Shown here: piece after piece, positions 49,989-59,352 of the stretch | How the letters are laid out: the number at the start of each line of letters is the position of its first letter | Numbering within the stretch: the stretch's first letter is position 1 | Source of the DNA: an uncultured delta proteobacterium | GTDB lineage: Bacteria; Desulfobacterota; Binatia; UBA9968 | Direction of reading: 5' to 3' | Length of the DNA: 64,000 nt | NCBI GenBank assembly: GCA_963760795.1 | Contig: CAVXEP010000031.1 | Location: 46,493-110,492, forward strand | Notes under the pieces: model-generated | The model's database searches: none | Told to the model about the DNA's origin: nothing | What the model saw: the letters and a program-made list of their open reading frames with translations, nothing else | Translations under genes and position numbers: made by a program

Positions 49989-50305
49989 GCCTAGCGTGCT
50001 TGCCGCATTACTAATAAAAAGCATTGCTGTCCTGGACCATTCGCCGCCGTCTAAACTAGGGCAGAGACAACTAATCGCTCCTCGCAAACGCCGTGCTTCA
50101 CCTGTCGAAGCATGAAATCGACCGTGAAACGTACATGGCCGAGTATTGGCTTGGCCCTGATCAACTTATCGCCAAAGACGTTCGCCAACTACAAAGCTCC
50201 CGTCCCGGCTACCATCCGTACGGTAAAAGCGACTGGATCGGACGATATACCTGGGCATGGTGGCGGACAAATATCGCAGCGACTACGGGCGAGTGAACTT
50301 GTGCC

Positions 50306-50333
50306 ATGGGACTGAAGCGCCTTACAGTTCAAT
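50306..50333 (+). repeat. Type-1 28-bp site, copy B
   Basis: ATGGGACTGA AGCGCCTT ACAGTTCAAT. Confidence 0.65.
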
Positions 50334-50352
50334 GCTACCGCGCTTTTGACGC

Positions 50353-50553
50353 TTGACTTTGATCAAGCAGGTGCAACAATCTCATCATGGGTTCGTCCCA
50401 GCTCTTGTATGTGCCGGAGTTCAGCAAATCGCCCCGGCCGAAGCGCAGTTCAAGACTCAGACCGTGGACTACAAACACGCGGACACCGCGTTGGAGGGTT
50501 ACCTGGCTTATGACGCCACCGGCACCGGCAAGCCGCCCGGTGTTCGCCTGTAG
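50353..50553 (+). pseudogene. N-terminal fragment of a dienelactone-hydrolase-family protein
   Basis: TQTVDYKHADTALEGYLAYD...GKPPGV, then stops. Confidence 0.6.
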
Positions 50554-50661
50554 CATAGCGGCGGTAGCCGATAAGGAAATGGTTTCGAGTTATGCCGGAC
50601 CAACTCATAGGGCACGCTCGCAGCTTAGGTCAAGTATCAGTGTTTAGAAGCGAATACGGCA

Positions 50662-50984
50662 AAGAGTCTCTCAGAAAGGGAGGGTGAATTAGATGGAGCT
50701 GTTGAAACGTTTGTCAATCGACGAAGATGGTCAAGGTCTCGTTGAGTACACTTTGATCGTGGTCTTGGTGGCGCTCGTTTTTTGGGTCGCCGTTAAGAAT
50801 ACTAACATTGCTAATGGATTGTCGAGTGGTTGGAGCAAGGTTACGGCTTGCGTTGGCTCGACCTCAACTTGCGATTCGGCATCCTAGTTCTACAACTTTT
50901 CTGCGCATTGATGGCACCGGTAACTTCTTGCTGTCAATTCGCATTGAGACGATCCAATAGCCACTCAGCGGAGAGATAACCGTG
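50662..50984 (+). repeat. ~320-bp Flp-pilin unit, copy 1 (copy 2 at 51791-52112)
   Basis: Shared RBS region, pilin gene and ~100-nt downstream hairpin region. Confidence 0.9.
50693..50887 (+). CDS. flp: Flp/Fap (type IVc/Tad) pilin
   Basis: G|QGLVEY prepilin motif, hydrophobic helix, C-x6-C tail. Confidence 0.9.
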   Translation: MELLKRLSIDEDGQGLVEYTLIVVLVALVFWVAVKNTNIANGLSSGWSKVTACVGSTSTCDSAS

Positions 50985-50986
50985 AA

Positions 50987-51003
50987 ATTGAACTGAATTC
51001 TCC
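50987..51003 (+). repeat. Type-2 site ATTGAACTGAATTCTCC
   Basis: Exact reverse complement at 56632-56648; begins 2 nt after the Flp-unit homology ends. Confidence 0.6.
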
Positions 51004-51173
51004 ATCAGATTCAAATCGCCCGACGCATCGTTGGACTATTCGATGTGCGATTAGGTATCAAAGCGCCGCAATACATTCGGGAGAGTCGTTCTGCGGATTA
51101 TTCACTGACTTGGAAACCTCGTAGCCGTCCATCAACTCGGCGGGCAGAATCGGCAATTTCCAGAGGTAAAGAG

Positions 51174-51199
51174 TGGCGTCCCCGACGGGATTTGAACCC
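51174..51199 (-). mobile_element. att scar: 26-bp copy of the tRNA-Glu 3' end
   Basis: TGGCGTCCCCGACGGGATTTGAACCC, identical to 59714-59739. Confidence 0.9.
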
Positions 51200-51328
51200 A
51201 TAAAGCCATCTTCTCGTAAGCTCCAGCATCTTCCAACTATCCGAAATTACTACAAAGAGAAAATGCGCAAAGTCGGCTAAGTTCCGCCTTCGTGCAACAT
51301 CTATCGTGAAGTATTCGAGAAGTGACGG

Positions 51329-51613
51329 TTGAAAGTTGCGTTACCCATGATCGATGACGAGATTTCATCCGCTCCGCCTTCACAAAAGACACCAGCACCA
51401 CCGCTAAAGGGCGAAAGGCGAGCCCTCAAGCATGGGCTTACCACCATGAAGCAAGCACTTTCGGCGACGCAAAAGTCTTACTTTTGTGCTGTGACTAGGC
51501 TAGCCAAATATCATAAGAAAGCACCGGATCAGCTCAGCAAGGAGGACATTCGAGCTTGTGTATTTGACGAAAACGGGCGCCGAGCCCAAAGCGCGACAGC
51601 GGCCATGGGGTGA
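51329..51613 (+). pseudogene. Fragment containing a phage-integrase N-terminal SAM-like domain
   Basis: SATQKSYFCAVTRLAKYHKKAPDQLSKEDIRA. Confidence 0.6.
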
Positions 51614-51820
51614 AAACCTGATAGATTTACTCGTGAAAGGTAAGATACAACGAGCGTAAACAGCCCATGAAGATCGAATACAGGGGTTATTGTATCGAAG
51701 TCACAGCAAAGCCAATGGACGGTTTTTGGGCAGCAGACATTTGAATTTGGACGTTAAATCAAAAGATGACGCCCATAAACGACTGGGCGGAAGAGTCTCT
51801 AAGAAAGGGGGTGAATTTAG

Positions 51821-52015
51821 ATGGAGCTGTTGAAACGTTTGTTAGTCGAAGAAGATGGTCAAGGTCTCGTTGAGTACACTTTGATCGTGGTTTTGGTGGC
51901 GCTCGTTTTTTGGGTCGCCGTTAAGAATAGTGATATTGGTAATGGATTGTCGAGTGGTTGGAGTAAGGTAACGGCGTGTGTTGGTACGCCCTCAAGTTGC
52001 GATTCGGCATCCTAG
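51821..52015 (+). CDS. flp: Flp/Fap pilin, variant copy
   Basis: 55/64 aa identical to 50693..50887. Confidence 0.9.
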   Translation: MELLKRLLVEEDGQGLVEYTLIVVLVALVFWVAVKNSDIGNGLSSGWSKVTACVGTPSSCDSAS

Positions 52016-52152
52016 TTCTACATCTTTCCTGCGCATTGATGGCAAGGGTAACTCTTTGCTGTCAATTCGCATCGACACGACTCAATAGCCACTCAGCGGA
52101 GCGATAGCCGTGTAAAAAAAATCGACTTATGGCGTGTAACCATTGAAAAGAA

Positions 52153-52196
52153 TGGCGCGCCTGGAGGGACTTGAACCCCCAACCCTCAGATTCGTA
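52153..52196 (-). mobile_element. att scar: 3' half of a tRNA-Arg(ACG)
   Basis: Reverse complement TACGAATCTGAGGGTTGGGGGTTCAAGTCCCTCCAGGCGCGCCA (anticodon loop to CCA); differs from tRNA-Arg(TCG) at 41135. Confidence 0.85.
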
Positions 52197-52279
52197 CAAG
52201 ATCACGGTGCCGGTGCCGGGTGATCTTATAGGCGCTGTTCAAGCCACCATTGAACCGGTGCTGGACCCCGTATAAACAA

Positions 52280-53655
52280 GATTATTCACCCACTGACCGT
52301 CATCGACAAGCTGATCAAGAAAAACGAGCTAGCGCCTCGCCTTCGACTTCGACAAAGACGGCCGGCTGCCATGGGACACAATCATTTACAGCTGCATCAA
52401 AAAGAGCGGTAAAACTACGCTCAACGGCGCCATCACGCTGGCATGGGGCTTCACTCAGGAAGCGCCCAACGAAATCTTGATCCTCGCCAACGACCTTGAG
52501 CAAACCCTCGCCCGTGTGTTCAAGACCATGGAAGGCATCATCCAGCACAATCCCGAACTCAAGCGCGAAGCCGAGGTGCAGGCCCGCAATATCTACCTTG
52601 CCAACGGCACAACGGCGACGGCTATCAGTGGCGACTACCAGGGCGCCGCGGGCTCTAACCATGGCTTTGTTGGCTATGACGAATTGTGGGGCTACACCAG
52701 CGAAGCATCAACCCGCCTATGGGAAGAGTTAACACCGGTTCCCACCCGCAAGAACTCAATCCGGTTCATTACCACCTATGCCGGCTTCGAGGGTGAGTCA
52801 AAACTGCTTTGGGATTTATATAAGCAGGTCGTTAGTCCGGATGAGCACCCCGAGGGTTAGGGCGAGCGGCTGCACCCAGACTTACCGATCTTCGGCAATC
52901 GCGAAGCCAGGATCTTCGCCTACTGGGACCATGAACCGCGCATGGCCTGGCAGACCCAAGAGCATTACCAGAGCCAGAAGAAAACCCTGCGGCCTGGAAC
53001 CTATCTTCGCCTGCATGAAAACAAGTGGGCGACTGCCGAGGAAGTCTTTATCACGCCGGAAATGTGGGACCCGTGCGTCAATCAGTTGCACCGCCCGAGC
53101 ATAACCGACCGTGAGCGGCTTTTTGTTGGCGTGGACGCCGGCATCAAGCACGACAATGCGGCGCGCGTGGCGGTGCGCTGGGATGAAGCCGGCGAGAAGT
53201 TGATACTTGTCAGCCATCGAATCTGGAAGCCCACGCCAAGCCAGCCCTTGGACCTGGAAAACACCGTTGAAGAGGACCTGCGAAGCCTAAACGATCAAGG
53301 CGACGTGATGGAAATACTCGCCGATCCTTACCAGATGCACCGATCCATCACCACGCTACAGGCGGCCGGCTTGCCGATCCGCGAGTTTGCCCAGACTCAA
53401 GCCAATTGCACTTTGATGGGTCAGACGCTCTTCGATCTACTCAGCGGGCAAAATATAGACATCTACCCTAGCGACGATTTGAGACAACAAGCATTGGCGA
53501 CGATAGCGGTTGAGAATCCCCGCGGCTGGCGGATCGCCAAAGAGAAGGCATCGAAGAAAATCGACGCTATTGTCGCGCTGGCAATGGCGAGTGTTGCAGC
53601 CATGGCCCACGGGGGCGAGATCGGTAGCCGTGCGGCGAGGGGGTTTAACTTGTAG
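52280..53655 (+). pseudogene. Phage terminase large subunit remnant (in-frame TAG at 52858-52860, damaged 5' end)
   Basis: YSCIKKSGKTT Walker A, VGYDE Walker B, ITTYAG; RNase H-like VGVDAG and KKIDAIVALAMA; ORFs 52477 and 52942 share one frame. Confidence 0.85.
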
Positions 53656-53765
53656 GCGCATGCCCCACGGAAGCCATCGCGCCAGTCCGCGGACCTGTCT
53701 ACATTGGCCAGACGTTCGAGCTTCCGGCAACGGTTATCTGCCAGTCAGACCATGGCACCATCACC

Positions 53766-54302
53766 GTGCTTGCCGCTTTCGCCAGCGAGCAGATGAGCCT
53801 AAGACGCCATATCGAAACCATTGTGAAGCCGTGGCTAACGGCCAACGCGCCGTGGGTGTTTTCAAATCGCCGGTTAGTGTTGGGCATTGTCGAGGAAATA
53901 GATACCGATGCACAAAATGAGTTTGCGCAGACGCTTAACACGGCGTTGGGCGGCAGTTGGGATCCGGCTTGCCACCCCTGGGAGACCCGCAAGGATTCAA
54001 TGCTTGACGTATTTGGCAAGGTACAGCCATTCACGATAAAGCCGGCGCTTCAGATCAATCGAACCGAAGCGCGACTCTTGGTTGAAGCCCTAAGCGGCCG
54101 GTGGAGCTATGAGCAAGACAGACGCGAGACAAGCGCACCGTTTGGCACTACATCGCCAATGCGTTCTCGCTGTGCGTCGATCGGATCGACCCTGGTGCGC
54201 CGCCACCATTGCCGGAGTTTAAAGCTGTTTGGGCTCGATTTGACCCGAGGCGAGTTACTGGAGCGAGGCAACGGTAAATTTGGTGGAAGCCGGGGGAATT
54301 GA
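53766..54302 (+). CDS. Hypothetical protein downstream of the terminase (probably frameshifted)
   Basis: Protein-like ORF on the same strand; no motif recognised. Confidence 0.4.
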   Translation: MLAAFASEQMSLRRHIETIVKPWLTANAPWVFSNRRLVLGIVEEIDTDAQNEFAQTLNTALGGSWDPACHPWETRKDSMLDVFGKVQPFTIKPALQINRTEARLLVEALSGRWSYEQDRRETSAPFGTTSPMRSRCASIGSTLVRRHHCRSLKLFGLDLTRGELLERGNGKFGGSRGN

Positions 54303-54655
54303 CGCCGGAGAGGGCGCCACAATTGCCTGCGGTAGATGAAAACATCATTATATTCTACGTTAAAAAGCTTATTCTATCAATTTTTTACGTTCTAAAAAGT
54401 TTCTACCATGGTAGTATTATTAAGATCGTTGGTTCAGCATTAATGATTCTATTTTCTACGTTAAAAAATGGTCTGTTCGCTAGGGCACCCGAGGAAAAAC
54501 CCATCCCTGTAAAATATTGCCCGGCGGTAAAAAATTCCAGCGGGTCAACGCGATCAATTTATGGAAAGCAAACGCCTGGTTGTTGATCGAGTTTTTTGGC
54601 ACCGACCCGGCTATCGGTCACATCGTCGGCATCGAACTAGGAAAGGTAATTTGAA

Positions 54656-54901
54656 ATGGAATATTATCTTGACATAGCGCCTAAGATTTTACTTTGGGCA
54701 ACCGTTATCATTATCCTTGCGCCGGTCATTGTAGCACTCGGAGCATTCCTACTGGTTACTTCCATTTTCGTTTACGCATATATCGGCTCAATTATTTTCG
54801 AAATTATCCAAGAGAGCGTTAGAAATGCCAAGAGAAAAATAAACAAAAACGAGTTCACCATCCACATCAGCGGTGGCCCCATCTCGCCACATATCGGATG
54901 A
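54656..54901 (+). CDS. Small AT-rich membrane protein
   Basis: 81 aa with a long hydrophobic segment; AAAGG RBS. Confidence 0.45.
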   Translation: MEYYLDIAPKILLWATVIIILAPVIVALGAFLLVTSIFVYAYIGSIIFEIIQESVRNAKRKINKNEFTIHISGGPISPHIG

Positions 54902-55063
54902 ATCCGACGCGGCCCCTAAGACGGACATTGAAAGAATCCGGCCTCCTGGCTCGGCAAGTAGAGTCGGCCTCGGCGCCGCTCCGTTGCAAACCCCCTTGGG
55001 GTCAGAGTGACGCCTTACTCTTAAAGAATAGACATTTGACGATTACGCGGTAGAATATTTTCT

Positions 55064-55567
55064 GTGAATAATATGAGAAAGGGCCGTCCACCGAAATTTC
55101 AAGAACCGCGCCGGCCCGTCACCGTGACTCTTCCTGAAAGCACACTCGCGAAGCTCGCGGCTATCAATCCTGACCGTGCGCAGGCGATCGTAAAGGCGAC
55201 CCATGCGGCGATGCCGCGTAAGGCGAACGGTCATAAACGGGTTGAGCTAGTCGAAGTCATGCCAGGGCTAGGCGTGCTTATCGTTGGACCTAGCCGTTAT
55301 CTGCAAAAGATCAAATGGCTTCGATTGGTGGAGCTGGCACCGATGCGCTATCTGCTGGTGGTCCCCTCGGGCACCGCAATCGATTCTCTCGAGGTAGCCA
55401 TTATCGATCTGCTCGAAAACCTCGACCCGGGCGAGGAGTGGGAAAAGGGCACCCTGGAGCAGCTCAGGGACATGATGCGCACCTTGCGGCTCGGCGGCAA
55501 ACTCTCAAAGGCGGAGCTCATGTTCATCGACACAACAACGATGAAGGGTTCAGGTCTTGTTGCTTGA
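55064..55567 (+). CDS. Hypothetical protein with RHH-like N-terminus
   Basis: GRPPKF...PVTVTLPESTLAKL; TAGACA-16-TAGAAT promoter-like sequence upstream. Confidence 0.65.
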   Translation: MNNMRKGRPPKFQEPRRPVTVTLPESTLAKLAAINPDRAQAIVKATHAAMPRKANGHKRVELVEVMPGLGVLIVGPSRYLQKIKWLRLVELAPMRYLLVVPSGTAIDSLEVAIIDLLENLDPGEEWEKGTLEQLRDMMRTLRLGGKLSKAELMFIDTTTMKGSGLVA

Positions 55568-55933
55568 CAGGCATCGCCTTGACAACGGTGCCCGCGTGAG
55601 GCCCAACAATCTTTGCAAATTTTCAATTATTAGCGTCGTGAGCTCGTAGAATCGATGCGGTAGCCGGCGCCAAGTGGATGCCCATGTTTGAACAGTCGTA
55701 AAACACAATGACTATTGCCGCTATTACTCCGAAAAGGCCAAACAGAAGTATTGGGGTACATCAATCCTCCCTTTGTTTGATCCCAATCGGCCCGAACAAG
55801 ATTTTCAAACTTCAGGCCGTCTATATTTTTGCCCCCTATCGCTGATGCGGTTTGATTGCAAGGGCAACCCCGGATGTTCGCGAGCCCCCCGTTCTGGTCG
55901 GTGTCTCTATTCGCGTAGAGCCCGGCCGCTTTT

Positions 55934-56484
55934 TTACTTCGGTCTCTTCGTTCCTCGCTTCTTTTTCGCCTCAGCTATTTTACTCGCTGACCGTTTCTTT
56001 TTTCTGGCGCGATATTCTCTTGCCATCACTACATTTGCACATTTCCTTGAACAATAGTTCGGCGTTCCCTTGCGTGGCTTCCGCATTGGAACAAAACAGG
56101 TATCGCAGTTTGCGCAGTGTAGGAAATCACCTTGCGTAATATCCGACATGAACAATATGAAGGTGGGGCTGCAAATACTTGGCTGGGAAAATCCTTGCTG
56201 CGGAACTGGTAAAAGAATCGTCCGGTTTCGGGGTCGGTGTCGAGGAGCAGTGTTTCCATCTTGATTGGAAATTCGTGTCGTCCCACGTTTTGATCAAGGT
56301 GTCGCTTTAGTTCGTGCTGAGCGATCTTGAGTCCATCTGGCGTTGCCGCTCTGGCGAAGTCACTCTCTTTATTCGATCGGTCTCGCCGCAAGTTGTACAA
56401 TGCGATGTGAAGATCATCGAGGAGTTTTTCGCGCTTACCGTTTGTCATTGTCCATGGTTCGACGTTTGCAAATCGAAGCAACAC
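55934..56484 (-). CDS. CGNR-type zinc-finger protein (frameshift near 56160)
   Basis: CANCDTCF...YCSRKC.N.....YRARKK at the C-terminus; N-terminus in ORF 56029..56484. Confidence 0.65.
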
Positions 56485-56584
56485 CTTGAGGCGGGGGATA
56501 TAACTTTTCGCCTCTGGGAGTAAGGTGATTTACGGCGTGAGGCGACAGGTATTCGTCGATGGGGAAGAGCAGCTTCAGCCTGAG

Positions 56585-56648
56585 ATTGAACCGAACGACG
56601 CTTCAGTTCGATCATGTAGGACTGCTTTGTAGGAGAATTCAGTTCAAT
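56585..56648 (-). repeat. Adjacent type-1 (56585-56612) and type-2 (56616-56648) sites
   Basis: ATTGAACCGA ACGACGCT TCAGTTCGAT cat GTAGGACTGC TTTGTAGGAGAAT TCAGTTCAAT. Confidence 0.65.
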
Positions 56649-56666
56649 CCTGGCATCGCCGCATGG

Positions 56667-56795
56667 TTACTTAATCACCTTATCCGCCCTTGCCAGCACG
56701 TTCGGCGGATTCGTCAGGCCGATCTGCTTCGCCGTTTTTATATTAATCACCAACTCGAATTTTGTCGGTTGCTCGACCGGTAGGTCGGCAGGCTT
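56667..56795 (-). pseudogene. C-terminal remnant of an ABC_sub_bind (DUF534-type) protein
   Basis: Translated by hand: [42 protein letters not shown]. Confidence 0.85.
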
Positions 56796-56854
56796 GGATC
56801 AATTTGTAAGATTTGTAAGAATGGCTGGGGTTTCTTATGGAACGACGCCGCGGA

Positions 56855-57466
56855 TCATTTGGTTTTCCCCGAAGAAGCGGCGCTCTCTTTGGCGAGACGC
56901 GCACGGGTCTCCATTAGGACTTTTCCGAGCAGATTCTCCCCCTCGCCTCGATAAACGCCCCAAATCTTATCGCCCCACCAATTTGTCTCCTCGAGGTAGC
57001 GGTCTCCCGTCGCCAAAAGTTTTCTTGCAAGCTCAGGATTCTGCGAGTGTTTCGCCCATACCACCTCGCGCATCGTCCGCATCTCGCTCGCCTCCCAAGC
57101 CGCTCTGTCATAGCGCTTGGCGCGAGAGAGTTTCCTCGCCGGGTCGGCTTCGAGCTTCGTGAACACATCGCGGTCAGCCTCTGGATATTTCCCCGACTGA
57201 TAGGCCGCCTCCGCCGAGCCGTAGACTCGGCCCTCCCACTCGACGCGGCAGGGGAAATAGTTGCTCAGCCAGCGATACTCGGCGACGAACCCCCCGATTT
57301 TCCTAGCATCGTGGACAACGCCCTCGAATTTGTCATCCCAGTTGAGTTTCTTCGCTATCGCGGCGGTAGCGGACGCTGCCGGTAGGGCAGGCGCCTTAGC
57401 CAGGATCAGTGCGGTAGCAATAATGAGGAACAGCAACGAAAGCAATGGTGAGCAAGAATGTTTCAT
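56855..57466 (-). CDS. NADAR (YbiA-like) protein with N-terminal signal peptide
   Basis: LSNY, SAEAAYQSGK, LLATG, E...GDKIWG, GENLLGKVLME; MKH + hydrophobic leader. Confidence 0.88.
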   Translation of the reverse strand: MKHSCSPLLSLLFLIIATALILAKAPALPAASATAAIAKKLNWDDKFEGVVHDARKIGGFVAEYRWLSNYFPCRVEWEGRVYGSAEAAYQSGKYPEADRDVFTKLEADPARKLSRAKRYDRAAWEASEMRTMREVVWAKHSQNPELARKLLATGDRYLEETNWWGDKIWGVYRGEGENLLGKVLMETRARLAKESAASSGKTK

Positions 57467-59013
57467 GATGAAGCGACGAATAGCAAATTTAAACATCTTC
57501 CTGCAACGAAACTAAGCGAGCATGCGATAGGATCTCGTGACTTGCACGTAAAGACCGAGTTGAGGTCATGGCGCGTTCCGACGATGCTTCGGGGACCATC
57601 CCTGGATTCGAGTTCAGTTGCGTTGATCAGCGATCGGACGTGCCGGTTCTGGGGTGTTCCGCGTTGCGGAACATCTTCCGGCACCTTCGCGTTTTTCAAT
57701 ATCCCCTGCGCTCTGAAGACGTTCAAAAAGAAGTTTTGGCGTAGCTTTGCCGTGTCGGCAATCGTCTCTTCCGCCGCTTCAAGCGTCACGTGAATGTCGG
57801 TGACACCCACAGCCACGTTATCGGTCACCAAAACCGCGGCATAAACGTCAGTTTCAGCGCCGCGAGGCGAGGCGTGAATGGCGTCGATAACGTGATAGAG
57901 CTCTTGGTCGACCGTATTCACTCGTCGGCTCTTGATGCGCTTGGCCCATTCGGTTGTTTCCACCACCACGCTTTCAACCGACGCGTGAGTGGATTGCAGG
58001 CGGACAAGACCCACGGCCCGATTGCGAACCAGGTGAACAAGAACGCCTTGCCTTTTTTCTCTGGGGAACGGGTCGCCGTTCATGACGCTCGTCGGTGCCA
58101 CGATCTTGCCGACCCACTCGGGCGCATCGATGGCGCCGGCGCTGCCCAGGAAGGTCACCAGCGGACGAGAATCGGGAGAGCATTCATAGATCGCTTCGAT
58201 GAGATCTCCGGAACGGCTGGCAAAAATCCGGTTGCCGTTGATCGAGATTAAGAGCACCTTCTTGCCGTTGACGTTCGGGTACCAGAGCGCTCGCAATGAT
58301 TCGTCCGAGAAGGTCTCCGGCCGTTCAAAACCCATTTTGCCCAACAGCAAACTTGCATCACTCATGAACCCAATGACGACAGTATCGGGATTGCGAATGC
58401 CGTATTTCTTGAAGAAGGTAAGATATTCGCTGCTAGGAGATACGGCAGACATGAACACTTTGAGCGATTTGCTGAACGATGGCAGGCGCAGACGATGCCT
58501 GCGCTTCATGTCTTCGTCGGCGAATTTTGCCATGTAAAGGAGCCGAATGATGGTTTTCAAAGCTACTTCTCTACCGTTCTGCCCAATGAGGATATAATCC
58601 CACTTGCCGCCATCGAGTCGCCCCGCGAACACGCGAATCTCGCCGGTTTCTTGGTCTTTCTTGAGCGGTATCACGGAGCGATATTGACCCCGTATGTGAG
58701 CACGCACGTCAGCCTCCAACCCGCCGTAGAACAACACCCTTTCCGCGCCCAGAAAGAGTTCCTGATACTCACCGAAACGCCTGAAGCCGTACCATTTCTG
58801 ATCGAATACCGCTCCCTCGCGTTGGTTTTTCTCGATGAGTCGTTGCGCATGGTCAACGATTTCGTGGGTTTGGTCTTCGAATGATACCTCCCGCGGGGGC
58901 GCGGCGCTTTGGATCTCGTTGCTGATGGGCTCAACAACTTCGGGTCCCAGGCTACATGAGAGCGTAAGCCCAAGACTTACGATAGCGAAAATGCTGACAA
59001 GTCGTCGGTTCAT
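57463..59013 (-). CDS. Lipoprotein with C-terminal nucleoside-phosphorylase (PNP/UDP)-like domain
   Basis: MNRR...LTLSC lipobox; FLGSAGAI, ET..W, VDQE and LVTDN resemble NP-I motifs; ATGA overlap with the NADAR gene. Confidence 0.65.
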   Translation of the reverse strand: MNRRLVSIFAIVSLGLTLSCSLGPEVVEPISNEIQSAAPPREVSFEDQTHEIVDHAQRLIEKNQREGAVFDQKWYGFRRFGEYQELFLGAERVLFYGGLEADVRAHIRGQYRSVIPLKKDQETGEIRVFAGRLDGGKWDYILIGQNGREVALKTIIRLLYMAKFADEDMKRRHRLRLPSFSKSLKVFMSAVSPSSEYLTFFKKYGIRNPDTVVIGFMSDASLLLGKMGFERPETFSDESLRALWYPNVNGKKVLLISINGNRIFASRSGDLIEAIYECSPDSRPLVTFLGSAGAIDAPEWVGKIVAPTSVMNGDPFPREKRQGVLVHLVRNRAVGLVRLQSTHASVESVVVETTEWAKRIKSRRVNTVDQELYHVIDAIHASPRGAETDVYAAVLVTDNVAVGVTDIHVTLEAAEETIADTAKLRQNFFLNVFRAQGILKNAKVPEDVPQRGTPQNRHVRSLINATELESRDGPRSIVGTRHDLNSVFTCKSRDPIACSLSFVAGRCLNLLFVASS

Positions 59014-59286
59014 TTTATGTTCAAACAAACTGGCCATTTCGCCTGCACAATTGCCGGTAACATTGATTTTAAGCCTTGCCCGACGCCACCCGGTGAGACC
59101 TAAAGGCAAGAGCAATGCCAGGGACAGGAGCTACAGAGGATGCAAGGCAAGGTAAAGATTTAACTGAGAAAGTTTCGGTAGTGGGCTTTGGAGACCCAAG
59201 GCCTGGCGTAAACAAAGTAGTCATCTGACTACGCGGGTACAAATCGATTCAGTGGAGAAGCGTGGAAGAATGAAATTCGCGGTAGG

Positions 59287-59314
59287 ATTGAACTGTACGA
59301 TGCTACAATTCAAT
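59287..59314 (-). repeat. Type-1 28-bp site, copy D
   Basis: ATTGAACTGT ACGATGCT ACAATTCAAT (10-bp arms, 8-bp spacer). Confidence 0.65.
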
Positions 59315-59352
59315 TGCAGCCGTAACGACTAAGCTCACCTGCACCGAAGCTG

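Noticed and set aside
41135-52196. An invertible or integrated segment bounded by tRNA-Arg(TCG) and the 52153 fragment
   Set aside because: The fragment has anticodon ACG and several substitutions including a compensatory T-stem pair, so it derives from another isoacceptor
52858-52860. In-frame TAG in the terminase as pyrrolysine or stop-codon recoding
   Set aside because: A single event in an otherwise damaged gene; TAG is used as a normal stop nearby; a CAG-to-TAG mutation or read error is simpler
56585-56612. LexA/SOS box interpretation of the GAAC...GTTC dyad
   Set aside because: The spacing is 14 nt, not the GAAC-N4-GTTC or GTTC-N7-GTTC forms I know
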